DNA from: Alphaproteobacteria bacterium
GTDB taxonomy: Bacteria > Pseudomonadota > Alphaproteobacteria > MPNO01 > UBA830
Length of the DNA: 64,000 nt
Reading direction: 5' to 3'
Assembly: GCA_965243135.1 (NCBI GenBank)
Contig: OZ251539.1
Location: 1,280,001-1,344,000 of the forward strand
A program made the translations under genes and the position numbers. Numbering within the stretch: the stretch's first letter is position 1; the number at the start of each line of letters is the position of its first letter. The notes under the pieces are model-generated. The model saw nothing but the letters and a program-made list of their open reading frames with translations. It was not told the DNA's origin and ran no database searches. This document shows, one piece after another, positions 49,804-59,842 of this stretch.

Positions 49804-50016
49804 ATGAACAGGCACTTGACGGCGATCGTTGAACGCGAAGGGGACGGTTACGTGGCCCTGTGCCCGGAAGTTGACGTCGCCAGCCAGGGAAGCGCCGTAG
49901 CCGAAGCGCGCGATAATCTCGAAGAGGCGTTGACTCTGTTCTTCGAGGCGGCTCCGGCGGAGGAAGTCGAAAAGCGCTTGCGTAGTGCAGGTAACTCGCG
50001 TCGAGGTCGCCGTTGA
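49804..50016 (+). CDS. hicB: HicB-family antitoxin (short form)
   Basis: LTAIVEREGDGYVALCPEVDVASQG....EARDNL.EAL.LF. Confidence 0.85.
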   Translation: MNRHLTAIVEREGDGYVALCPEVDVASQGSAVAEARDNLEEALTLFFEAAPAEEVEKRLRSAGNSRRGRR

Positions 50017-50234
50017 TTAGGCTGCGCGTTCTTTCTGGTCGTGAAGCCTGCGGAGTCCTGGCGTCTCATGGTTTCGCCGAGGTGAGGAGACGCGGCAGTC
50101 ATGCGCAGGGAGAGTGGCGCAAGTACCGCTCCGGTGCCGGAGGGGGTTGGGTGCTGGCGCGCTGCTGTCGATCGTTCGCCAGTCGGGTCTGCCCGGGTGA
50201 AGGTTGCGGAGCGGACTGTCGAGGGTTTCCTTGA
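50013..50234 (+). pseudogene. hicA: HicA-family toxin, frameshifted
   Basis: LRVLSGREAC.VL..HGF.EVRRRGSH, then the frame is lost. Confidence 0.7.
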
Positions 50235-50784
50235 AGTATCGAGCGGCCGCGACGGAGCTTGCCGTCGAAACCGGCTCCGAACCGGGCGACCTGCGTCATC
50301 CGGTCGCGACCAGGCGGAAGCCGTACCGGCGCGAGATCCGTGCCGCGGCGCGGCGGCCGTCGGCATCTCCGAAATCGCCGCCGCAGCCGGCGGCGGGGCG
50401 CTCAACGACGAGTCCGCCGACGAGACCGTGCGCTGGTATCTTCCGAAGCCATGCTCTGGTGCGAGGGTGTCGCCGAACCCGCCAACCTCCGCCTCCTCCG
50501 TGCGCAGGGCTGGAGCCCGCCGTTGGCGACCGGCTCCTCGACGACGTCGCCCGCCCCGCTGTCGGCACGATGGCTGTCCGCCGGGACGGAACCGGACTCG
50601 CGGTCGAACGCGTCGAGGTCTTCCCCGCGCCAAGTTCCGTCTCCGCAAGCCCCGCCTACGAGACTGCTTCGCCGACGAAGCGCGCATAGCAGGAACTGTC
50701 CTCTTGACCGTGGGTGTGAACCCGTGGCTGTCCGGTTCCGTGTTCTCTGCTTTGCGCCTGCCCCGCGCTTCCAGGCGCGTCCGA

Positions 50785-51000
50785 CAAACATCCTGCTCAC
50801 CCCGTGTAACTTTGGGGGTGGTTCTCCCGGCGTCGCGCCGCTCGCCGAAATAACCGTTCCGCGTTCGGGCGTCGCGGCGCGAAGACAGGGCTATACGGGG
50901 CAGCCCTCGGCGTCACGCTCCTCTCGAACGGCCAGCGCCGCCGCGAAAAAACTTCGCGGAACGGCTTTTTTTGTGGCCTGCAGGTTAGTTGCACAGCAAA
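50785..51000 (+). repeat. Dispersed MITE-like repeat, copy B (abuts truncated higB)
   Basis: Aligns to copy A. Confidence 0.85.
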
Positions 51001-51237
51001 TGGACGGAGAATGTCTTCAACGGCGTAAGCGGGAAATCGTTTCCGGCGTCGGTCCTGCGCCGGGTCCGAAGCAAGCTGGACCGTCACGCGGCCCGCGTCG
51101 AGGATCTTCGCGAGCCGCCGGCCAAACCGCCCGTTGACTTGAGACCGCGTCGGACAGCGCGGCATTCGCGGTTCGCGCGGTTACGCTTCGTCTGGCGGGA
51201 CGCTTGGGACATGGAGTTGAACGACCGCTACGAATGA
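51001..51237 (+). pseudogene. higB: HigB (RelE/ParE-like) toxin remnant, N-terminus lost
   Basis: WTENVFNG..GKSFP..VLRRVRSKL..AA.VEDLREPP...LRFVW.DAWD.E..D. Confidence 0.65.
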
Positions 51238-51267
51238 CCGGCGGTCCGAACGACGAGGAGTGAAGAG

Positions 51268-51519
51268 ATGTCGCGCATACCCACCCATCGCGTCGCCGAA
51301 CATCCCGGCGCTTTGCTGCGCGAACAGGTTGAGGAGATGGGATTGACCGTCGCCCGCGTCGCCGAAGGCACCGGCTTGGCGGCGGCCTGCCTGCGCGAGA
51401 TCGTTCGCGAACGGCGCGGGGTGAACGCGGAAACCGCCATCGCGCTCGGCGCGTATTTCGGGCAGAGCCCGGAATTCTGGATGAATGCCCAGAAGACGCA
51501 TGAACTCTCGAAGAAGTGA
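51268..51519 (+). CDS. higA: HigA-family antitoxin (HTH)
   Basis: HPGALLREQVEEMGLTVARVAE...EIVRERRGVNAETAIALGAYFGQSPEFWMNAQ. Confidence 0.85.
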   Translation: MSRIPTHRVAEHPGALLREQVEEMGLTVARVAEGTGLAAACLREIVRERRGVNAETAIALGAYFGQSPEFWMNAQKTHELSKK

Positions 51520-51659
51520 TCGAGAACGGAGCATCCGCTCGCGAGTGCGTATCCATGCCGGGGAGCGGTCGGCGCGGGATCGACCGCATGCTGCAGCCTT
51601 GCGACGGGGGCGCGGAGCATGTCATGACGGGCGCGGGCCTCGGGGAGAAGGCCAAGCGC

Positions 51660-52210
51660 GCGCGTCATCCTCGACCCGCGGTGAAAACTGCGACGAGTCC
51701 GGGAAAGGGCTCCGGTTCGAGCGGCTGCGGAGCGCGCTTCGGAAGCCCGAGTTCGACTGGCGCTGGCCTGGCTGCCCGAGCTCGAGGCGTTGACCGGACG
51801 GCCGCGACATCGGTATTGACCTCGTGACGCGGCGGGATTGAGTGGATCGCCATCCGGTGCAAGTGCTGCGAGGACCTGCCTTGGCAAAGGCGAGACCGAC
51901 AAGTTCCTCGGAGGCTCTCGACAACCGGTCTTCCGCCTGCGGCGTGGCGGCTTGCCGGTGGTGGCCGAAGCGGGCGATCCGGAACGTCCATCCCAGGTGG
52001 ATCGACTTCCGCGAGCGCCTGAACATCCAGGTCGAAGAGCGCGCCGCGAAGCGCCATGGCCCCTTCAGGCGGAAGTGGGACGCGGCCACTGGACTTGCCA
52101 ACCACGACCGGGGCCGCCTCGTCATGGCGTGCGGCGCGGGCAAGACCTTCACGGCCTTTGGCGTCGCTGAGCAGTTCGTCGAAGACGGGCATCGAATCCT
52201 CTTCGAGCCG
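51660..52210 (+). pseudogene. N-terminal remnant of a Type ISP-like (Mrr nuclease-helicase) R-M enzyme
   Basis: KGLRFERL, DIGIDLV...WIAI.CKC, DRGRLVMACGAGKTFTA..VAE......ILF fragments. Confidence 0.65.
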
Positions 52211-52421
52211 CATGCGCTGTCCGCAACGTCTCGAAATGCGGACAGCTTTCAAGAGTGCCGAATTTTTTCCTCGGATACGGAAAACTGCGGATTCTCCGCG
52301 CCGGGACCGCGATTTTCGCAGATTCCACCCCACGGCCGGCCGGGCGCCGCCCCTGGCCGCCGGCGTTCAGGCCACGGCCCGGTTTGCACCGGGTTTGCGG
52401 CGCGGCAACCGGATTCCCGCC

Positions 52422-52643
52422 TTTGTTGTGTAACTCACCCCGAGCTGCCGGCTGCGCAAAACCGTTCCACGAGATTTTTTCGCGGCGGCGCTCGCCGTTC
52501 GAGAGGAGCTTGACGCTGAGGGCAGCCCCGCCCTGTCTTCGCGCCGCGCCGCCCGAACGCGGAACGGTTATTTCCGCGAGCGGCGCGAGGCCGGGAGAAC
52601 CACCCCCAAAGTTACATGCTACGGGGTGAGCCATGAGCGTTTG
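52422..52643 (-). repeat. Dispersed MITE-like repeat, copy C
   Basis: Reverse complement aligns to copies A and B. Confidence 0.85.
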
Positions 52644-52811
52644 TTGTTCTGAAGACTGAGCGCCCGCGAGGCCTTTGCGGGCTGCCGGCGGGCGGGCGGA
52701 GCGGTTCGCGGGGCGTCGGCCGGGCGGCAGGCCGACAAAAAACGGAACGGCGCAAACGGCCCGACGAGCCTTCTCCTTGACGGCTCCGGCATGGAGGCCT
52801 ACCCTCTTCGG

Positions 52812-54331
52812 ATGACGAGACGCATGCTTCCGACCGGCATGTCCTCCCTCCGGACGATCCGGGAGCTGGACTGCTACTACGTCGACAAGACGGACCATGT
52901 GCGCCGCCTCGTCGAGAGGGGCAGGTACTATTTCCTGTCGCGTCCGCGGCGGTTCGGCAAGAGCCTGCTGGTGGACACGCTGCAGAAGCTGTTCGAGGGA
53001 AACGAGGAGCCGTTCCGGGGCCTCGCCATACATGGCGCATGGGACTGGTCGGCGCGCCGGTGCGGCTGGATTTCGGCGGGGGCGATTTCGGAGACCCGGA
53101 CGGGGTTCGGGAAGAAACGGAAGCGCAACTGAAGGCGGCGGAGAGGCTGGCCGGCATAGAGCCGGGCAGCGCCAGAGTTTCGATCCGCTTCCGGGAACTG
53201 ATCGCGGCCCTGCACGAGCGCACCGGGCGGCGGGCGGTCGTTCTGGTGGACGAATACGACAAGCCGATTCTGGACGCGCTCGGCGACCGGGAACTGGCGC
53301 TGGCCAACCGCGACTTCCTGCGCAGCCTGTACGGGGTGATCAAGGCTTGCGACGAGCATCTCCGTTTCGTTTTCCTGACGGGAGTGAGCAAGTTCTCGCA
53401 GGCGGGCCTGTTCTCGGGCCTGAACAACCTGAACGACATCACGCTGGACGAGCGCTACGGCGCCCTTTGCGGCTACACGGATGCGGAGCTGGACGCGGTC
53501 TTCGCCCCGGAACTCGAGGGCTTGGACCGGGCCGAGGTGCGGCGCTGGTACAACGGCTACAACTGGCTCGGACCGGAGAGGGTCTACAACCCGCACGACA
53601 TCCTGCTGCTGTTCGACAAGCGCAGATTCCGCCCGTACTGGTTCCAGACCGGCACGCCGACCTTCCTCGTCGACCTTCTGGCGCGACGCCGGGTCTCGGC
53701 GCCGGCCCTGGAGGGCATGTTCGCGGACGACGATCTGCTGTCGGCCATCGACGTCGACCGCATTCCCGTCGAGGCGCTGCTGTTCCAGACCGGCTATCTG
53801 ACCATCGCCGACGAGAAGCGGGATGAGGACGCGCCCCTCTACCGGCTGGACTACCCGAACCATGAGGTGAAGCGCAGCCTGAATGCGCTCTTGCTGGAGG
53901 CGATGGTGCCGGACGTCGCGGTCGCGGCGGAGGGCCAGGAGTTGCGCCATCTGATGCGGACGAACGACTTCGCGGGCCTCGAGCGGCAGTTCCGGGCGTT
54001 GCTGGCGAGCGTCCCGAACGAGTGGTACGCGAACACGGGCCTGGCGGGGGCGCACTACGCGAGCGTGCTCTACTCGCACTTCGTGGCGGCGGGGATGGAC
54101 GTCCGCGCGGAGGAGAGCACGGCGCGCGGCCGCTCGGACCTGACGGTCCTGTACGGCGGCAAAGTCTATCTGTTCGAGTTCAAGGTCGTGGACGGGAAGG
54201 GGCGGGCTCTGGCGCAGATTCGGGAGCGCGGCTACGCGGACAAGTACCGGCGTCCGGACGTGCCGGTCCACCTGATCGAGTTCGGCCGGGAAGAGCGCAA
54301 CATCGTCGGGTTCGAGTTCGAGACCGTCTGA
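52812..54331 (+). pseudogene. AAA-ATPase-like + PD-(D/E)xK, copy 6 (subtype B), frameshift near 53055 (real or assembly error)
   Basis: MTRRMLPTG...RPRRFGKS in one frame; LDFGGG...VDEYDKP...GRSDL...FEFK in the next. Small deletion relative to WDWSARHPVVR. Confidence 0.85.
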
Positions 54332-54519
54332 AACCGGGAGCCGGACGAGGTTCCGTCCGCGCGTTTCGGCAGCCGCCTCCGAGAAAGGCCGTCGGCCGGG
54401 CGGTCGACACGAAAACGGCGCAACGCAAGCGCCTCGCGAACGAGCCTTCCGGGGGCTCATAGAGGAGCAGCATCGCGCCGGTCTGCTACGCTCGCAGAGT
54501 CTGGAGCCACGCCACCGGG

Positions 54520-55100
54520 TCTTGCTGGTCGGCCCTCCCGGGAATGGAAAGACGTCGCTGGCCGAAGCTCTCGCGGAAGCGCTCGCGGTTTCGTTCTTCG
54601 TCGTTCGCTACGACGCGATCATCGGTAGCTTCCTCGCCGAGACGGTTGCGGCGGGTGTTCGACTGCGCCCGAACGACTCCATGCGTCCTGTTCTTCGACG
54701 TATGCCGTGGGCAAGGAGCGCGGTGACGTGAACGAGACGGGGGAGACCAAGCGCGTGATGACTTCGCGCAGGTCGACGATCTCTCCAGCTACACGGTCGT
54801 CGCCGCCGCGTCGAAGCATTCGGAGCCGCCCGACCGGGCGGTCTGGCGGCGCTTCCAGATTCGCTTGGAACTCCCCGCGCCCACGCAGACGCAACTGGCG
54901 CGATATTTCGATGCGTTCGCGCGCAAGCAGCCTCTGGGACGAAGCGCGGAATCGATCGCTAAATCTATGGGCAACATCAGCTACGCGGAAGCGGAAGCAT
55001 TCTGTCACGACATCTGCAGGAGCCTCGCCTTGTCGCCGGAGAGTGCTCGGTCCAGGCGGTGGTGGCTGAGCAGTTGGCGCTGTGGAAAGCGAGGGCCCGC
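54520..55100 (+). pseudogene. Degenerate AAA+ ATPase (IetA-like)
   Basis: LLVGPPGNGKTSLAEALA, VRYDAIIGSFL, PCVLFFD, KERGD..ETGE.KRV, WRRFQIRLELP.P fragments. Confidence 0.75.
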
Positions 55101-55326
55101 CATTCTGCGCCCGAGTGACCGATTATCCTCTCCTTCCGCTGTCGGAGCCGGGCGAACCACCGAGGTCGAAGCGCTTTCCGCGAGACCGCCCGCTGCTGTT
55201 TCCCCAACGTCAAAGGCAACGCTTCGGTCCCCAATTCAACCGTCTTCAAACGGTCCTGGCTTCCGACGAGAGCGGGTTATCGCTTCGCGCCGATCCATTG
55301 CGCCGGAACGCGCTCTCGTATTCGGG

Positions 55327-56948
55327 CAGCAATTCCCGCTAAGGCTCGACACCCTTGGAAAATATGGGGTCTGAAAAAAAATTTTCGTAGACTTTTCGAG
55401 GCGATTCGGGGCTATTTGTCTTCGAGCGGAGATTCTTTCTCTGGAAAGTGCTCCGAAGGCGAGGCGGGATCGTACCAAAATGGCCAGAATGCCAGGCATG
55501 CGCAAGACGCTCAGCGCTCCGGGATTGCTGAAGGCGCTCCGGGAGATTTTTGACGGCATTGAGGATCTGACGGCGAGTCGAGGCGTCGCTCTTTCGGATT
55601 GCCTGATGTCGGGGATTGCAGTATTTGGTTTGAAGTACAAATCTCTTTTAACGTTTGATCGCGACGCACGTTTTGATGAAACGGTTCGCAATAATCTTGC
55701 GACATTGTACGGGATTGAGAGAGCGCCTTCCGATACCAGGTTGCGCGAGCGTCTGGACGACGTTGACCCCCGTAGTTTACGTCCCGCTTTCACGAAGATG
55801 TTCCAGTTGCTTCAGCGCGGAAAGGGTCTGGAAGGTTACACCTGTCTAGGCGGGCATTATCTTTTATCCGTTGACGGAACGGGATATTTTTCATCTCACA
55901 AGGTGCACTGTAAAAGCTGCTGTGAAAAGCATCACAGGAACGGAACAATCACGTACTACCACCAGATGCTGGGGGCAGTTCTCGTGCGCCAAAAGGAAGT
56001 TTTCCCTCTTGCACCGGAGCCGATTACCAAGAAAGATGGAAAGAAGAAAAACGATTGCGAACGCAACGCAGCGACACGACTGTTGCGCGATGTGCGGCGG
56101 GAGCATCCGTTTTTGAAATTGATAGTGGTAGAGGACGGGCTTGCCTCGAACGGCCCGCATATCAAGCATCTCAAGGAGTTGAACCTTCGCTTCATACTGG
56201 GTGCCAAGCCGGGAGACCATAAATTTTTGTTTGGTGAACAGGTCACGATCTGTGAAACGTGCCGAATTTTCCGATGAAGAAGGTGTACGGCACGAATTCA
56301 GATATCTTAACAACGCACCACTCAACGACGCGAATTTCGACCTTGAGATCAACTTTGTGGAATACTGGGAAAAGCATCCCGACGGCAAAAAGCAACGCTT
56401 TTCCTGGGTTACAGACCTGCCAGTAGGAGAGCACAACCTGATGGAGATAATGCGTGCCGGGCGTGCACGCTGGCGTAAACGAGACCTTCAACACCCTGAA
56501 GAACCAAGGTTACAACTTCGAACACAACTTCGGTCATGGTTACAAGCATCTGTCGAATGTCCTGGCTAACTTGATGATGCTAGCTTTCCTGCCAGATTCA
56601 GCAGAGATGTTGCAATCTGTTTCAAAGAGCACGGAAGAAAGCCGAGCGTTCCATCTACTTGTGGGAGAAGTTGAGAGCTATGTTCTTCAACTTTTCACTG
56701 CCAGGCTGGGAAGCGCTTTATCGTGCTATAGCGTTCGGATACAAAAAGCCGATTCTGGAACCTTACGATACTTCTTGACATAATAATTTTTCGAAGTGTG
56801 TAGCAGGTTCTTCAGGGGGAAACATAACCGACGAAAGCTCGGCCATAAAGCCGGACGTTAGACGTCTGTCCTGACGGTCGTGCCTCTTGCCGAGAAAATC
56901 CTTTGCATCTGACTTGGCACGACCACTACAAGTTAGCGGGAATTTCTG
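55327..56948 (+). mobile_element. ISNCY-type IS (1622 bp), 16-bp IRs, 9-bp TSD
   Basis: CAGCAATTCCCGCTAA (55327) versus reverse complement of 56933-56948, CAGAAATTCCCGCTAA. GTATTCGGG at 55318-55326 and 56949-56957. Confidence 0.92.
55480..56783 (+). pseudogene. ISNCY-type DDE transposase split into three or more frames
   Basis: LSDCLMSG.AVF.LKY.SLL.FD, PSDT.LRE.LD, SVDGTGYFSS, YYHQML, KNDCERNAA.RLL, GRARW..ENETFNTLKNQGYNFEHNFGHG. Confidence 0.85.
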
Positions 56949-57336
56949 GTATTCGGGGTCATGGGTTCGATCAGTGATTTCTACCAACTTGTCGCGAGCA
57001 TTCGAGGGCTCGAGTTTTGGGCCGATGAAGAAACGCTATTCGACCCGGACGACGATTTCGTAGAAGCACGCCAAGGCAAGCATGGGCAGCCGGGACAAGC
57101 CGGTGGGAGGCACGCTGTGCCATGCCCGATATTAGGGCTCTACGGGAATTGCTCCGGTTGTGGAACGTCTGGCGTAAGCGTTCGGTCGTGGGGTGGCGAC
57201 GTTGAGGCCCTGCCTCCAGGCAGGGGCTTCAATCAGACATCCTTGACCGGGAGGGCGCGTTCGCGCCGGGTGCTGCGCGGCCTGCGCCGCCCCTGGTTGG
57301 CGGTTCAGTAGCAGGTTCCTCGCGAAGTCCCGAAGA

Positions 57337-57620
57337 GTAAGCGTTCGGTTGCGAAGCGGGCTGTCGAGCCCGGCGAATCGCCAGCCCTGGACACCTTTTT
57401 TTTGTTCCACGGTTGCCATGGCGGTCGAACCTGCGCACGCGCGCTTTCCGGGACCGTGCCGTCGGGCGACGGCCAGGCTCTGGCTGCGGCGTGCCGAGGC
57501 GGCTCTCTGCCAGGCGCTGGAGAGCGCAAAAGCGGAGAAGTTTCGCGCCGAGAGGTGGCGGGGAGCTTTCCACCGGGCGTTGGCTCTGAAAAAGAGATGC
57601 GAGGTGCCGCCCGGAGAGAC
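57337..57620 (+). mobile_element. IS66-like left-end relic
   Basis: GTAAGCGTTCGG followed by a coiled-coil remnant (LWLRRAEAALCQALE...AERWRGAFHRAL). Confidence 0.45.
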
Positions 57621-57767
57621 GGCAGAGGAGGCCCTTGCGGGCTGCCGGCGGGCGGAGCGGTTGGCGGGGCGTCGGCCGGGCGGCAGGCCGACAAAAAAAG
57701 GAACGGCGCAAACGCCTCGAAGAGCCTTCTCCTTGACGGCTCCGGCATGGCGGCCTACCGTCTTCGG

Positions 57768-59309
57768 ATGACGAGACGCATGCTTCCGACCGGCATGTCC
57801 TCCCTCCGGACGATCCGGGAGCTGGACTGCTACTACGTCGACAAGACGGACCATGTGCGCCGCCTCGTCGAGAGAGGCAGGTACTATTTCCTGTCGCGTC
57901 CGCGGCGGTTCGGCAAGAGCCTGCTGGTGGACACGCTGCAGAAGCTGTTCGAGGGAAGCGAGGAGCCGTTCCGGGGCCTCGCCATACATGGCGCATGGGA
58001 CTGGTCGGCGCGCCATCCGGTCGTGCGGCTGGATTTCAGCGGCGTGGGCGATTTCGACAGCCCGGACGGGGTTCGGGGCACCGTGGAAGCGCAGCTGGAA
58101 GAGACGGAGATGCAGGCCGGCCTCGAACCGGGCCCCGCCGGGGCGGCGGTCCGTTTCCGGCGCCTGATAAGGACGCTGCACGAGCGCACCGGGCGGCAGG
58201 TGGTCGTTCTGGTGGACGAATACGACAAACCGATTCTGGACGCGCTCGGCGACCGGGAACTAGCGCTGGCCAACCGCGACTTCCTGCGCAGCCTGTACGG
58301 GGTGATCAAGGCCTGCGACGAGCATCTCCGTTTCGTTTTCCTGACGGGAGTGAGCAGGTTCTCGCGGGCGGGCCTGTTCTCAGGCCTGAACAACCTGCGC
58401 GACATCACCCTCGACCCGCGTTTCGGCGCCATCTGCGGCTATACCGACAACGAACTGGACGCGGTCTTCGCCCCGGAACTTGAGGGTCTGGACCGGGACA
58501 AGGTCCGGCGCTGGTACAACGGCTACAACTGGCGCGGGCCGGAGAGGGTCTACAACCCGTTCGACATTCTCCTGCTCTTCGAAACGCGCGAGTTCGATGA
58601 GCACTGGTTCCAGACAGGCACGCCGACCTTCCTCGCCGACTTTCTGGCGCGTCGCCGGGTCTCGGCGCCGGCCCTGGAGGGCGCGGTCGCGAACGCCGCG
58701 CTGCTGTCGGCCCTCGACGTCGACCGCGTTCCCGTCGAGACGCTTTTGTTCCAGACCGGCTACCTGACTATCGTCGACGAGAAGCGGGACGGGGACGCGC
58801 TCCTTTACCGGCTGGACTACCCGAACCAGGAGGTGAAGCGCAGCCTGAACGAACTCCTGCTGCAGACGATGGCGCCGGATGTCGCGGTCGCGGCGGAGAG
58901 CCGGGAGTTGCGCCGCCTGATGCGGACGAACGACTTCGCGGGCCTCGAACGGCAGTTCCGGGCGTTGCTGGCGAGCATCCCGAACGAGTGGTGCGCGAAC
59001 ACGGGCCTGGCGGGGGCGCACTACGCGAGCGTGCTCTACTCGCATTTCGTGGCGGCGGGGATGGACGTCCGAGCGGAGGAGAGCACGGCGCGCGGCCGCT
59101 CGAACCTGGCGGTCTTGTACAACGGCAATGTCTATCTGTTCGAGTTCAAGGTCGTGGACGGGAAGCCGAAAGGCCGGGCTCTGGTGCAGATTCGGGAACG
59201 CGGCTACGCGGACAAGCACCGGCGTCCGGGCGTGCCGGTCCACCTGATCGGGATTGAGTTCGGCCGGGAAGAGCGCAACATCGTCGGGTTCGAGTTCGAG
59301 ACCGTCTGA
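57768..59309 (+). CDS. AAA-ATPase-like + PD-(D/E)xK, copy 7 (subtype B; nuclease Asp appears as Asn)
   Basis: Intact 513-aa ORF. GRSNLAV where the paralogues have GRSDL or GRADM. Confidence 0.9.
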   Translation: MTRRMLPTGMSSLRTIRELDCYYVDKTDHVRRLVERGRYYFLSRPRRFGKSLLVDTLQKLFEGSEEPFRGLAIHGAWDWSARHPVVRLDFSGVGDFDSPDGVRGTVEAQLEETEMQAGLEPGPAGAAVRFRRLIRTLHERTGRQVVVLVDEYDKPILDALGDRELALANRDFLRSLYGVIKACDEHLRFVFLTGVSRFSRAGLFSGLNNLRDITLDPRFGAICGYTDNELDAVFAPELEGLDRDKVRRWYNGYNWRGPERVYNPFDILLLFETREFDEHWFQTGTPTFLADFLARRRVSAPALEGAVANAALLSALDVDRVPVETLLFQTGYLTIVDEKRDGDALLYRLDYPNQEVKRSLNELLLQTMAPDVAVAAESRELRRLMRTNDFAGLERQFRALLASIPNEWCANTGLAGAHYASVLYSHFVAAGMDVRAEESTARGRSNLAVLYNGNVYLFEFKVVDGKPKGRALVQIRERGYADKHRRPGVPVHLIGIEFGREERNIVGFEFETV

Positions 59310-59480
59310 AGCCGGACGAGGTTCCGTCCGCGCGTTTCGGCAAGCGGGGCCGCCTCCGCGAAAGGCCGTCGGCCGGGCGGTCGACACGAAAACGGCGCAG
59401 CGCAAGCGCCTCGCGAACGAGCCTGCCGGGGGCTCATAGAGGAGCAGCATCGCGCCGGTCTGCTACGCTCGCAAAGCATA

Positions 59481-59520
59481 CCCAAAGTCACATGCTACGG
59501 GGTGAGCAGGCACCGATTAC
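59481..59520 (-). repeat. Partial copy (outer end) of the dispersed MITE-like repeat
   Basis: cccaaagtcacatgctacggggtgagcaggcaccgat. Confidence 0.75.
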
Positions 59521-59620
59521 GAAAATTTTCCGTATCACCGAACACTTACCGCCACATCTCGCTGCAAACAGTCAATCAGGTGCCACATCTGGTATGTCAA
59601 GTTTCAAAATTGAAATGGAC

Positions 59621-59833
59621 TTAACCAACGCGCGAATACGGATAGGCGTTTTTGATGTAGGCGTGCAGGAATTGCCCTTTTGAGCCTGCCCTCATCAATT
59701 CGTTATATATGTTCTCTGGAACATTGTAATACTGGTAGACTGAACCGCTGAGAAACTCGATTTCGAGAGTCTCGGTCTCCCGACTGTAACCGACGGAAGC
59801 GAGGTTCGATGAAGCGACAGGGTCCTTCTGCAT
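59621..59833 (-). CDS. KTSC-domain protein
   Basis: VASSNLASVGY......LEIEF.SGSVYQYYNVP..IY..LM.A.SKGQF....IK..Y.Y. Confidence 0.92.
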   Translation of the reverse strand: MQKDPVASSNLASVGYSRETETLEIEFLSGSVYQYYNVPENIYNELMRAGSKGQFLHAYIKNAYPYSRVG

Positions 59834-59842
59834 GACAGCCTC

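Larger units (their letters stand above)
55115..57170 (+). pseudogene. 5' remnant of the partner gene (possible IetS-like S8 peptidase), split by ISNCY
   Basis: TDYPLLPL...FGPQFNRLQ...LRADP.IAPERALVF, then the IS, then GSISDFYQLV..IRGLEF..DEE..FDPDDDF. No catalytic domain is seen. Confidence 0.45.
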
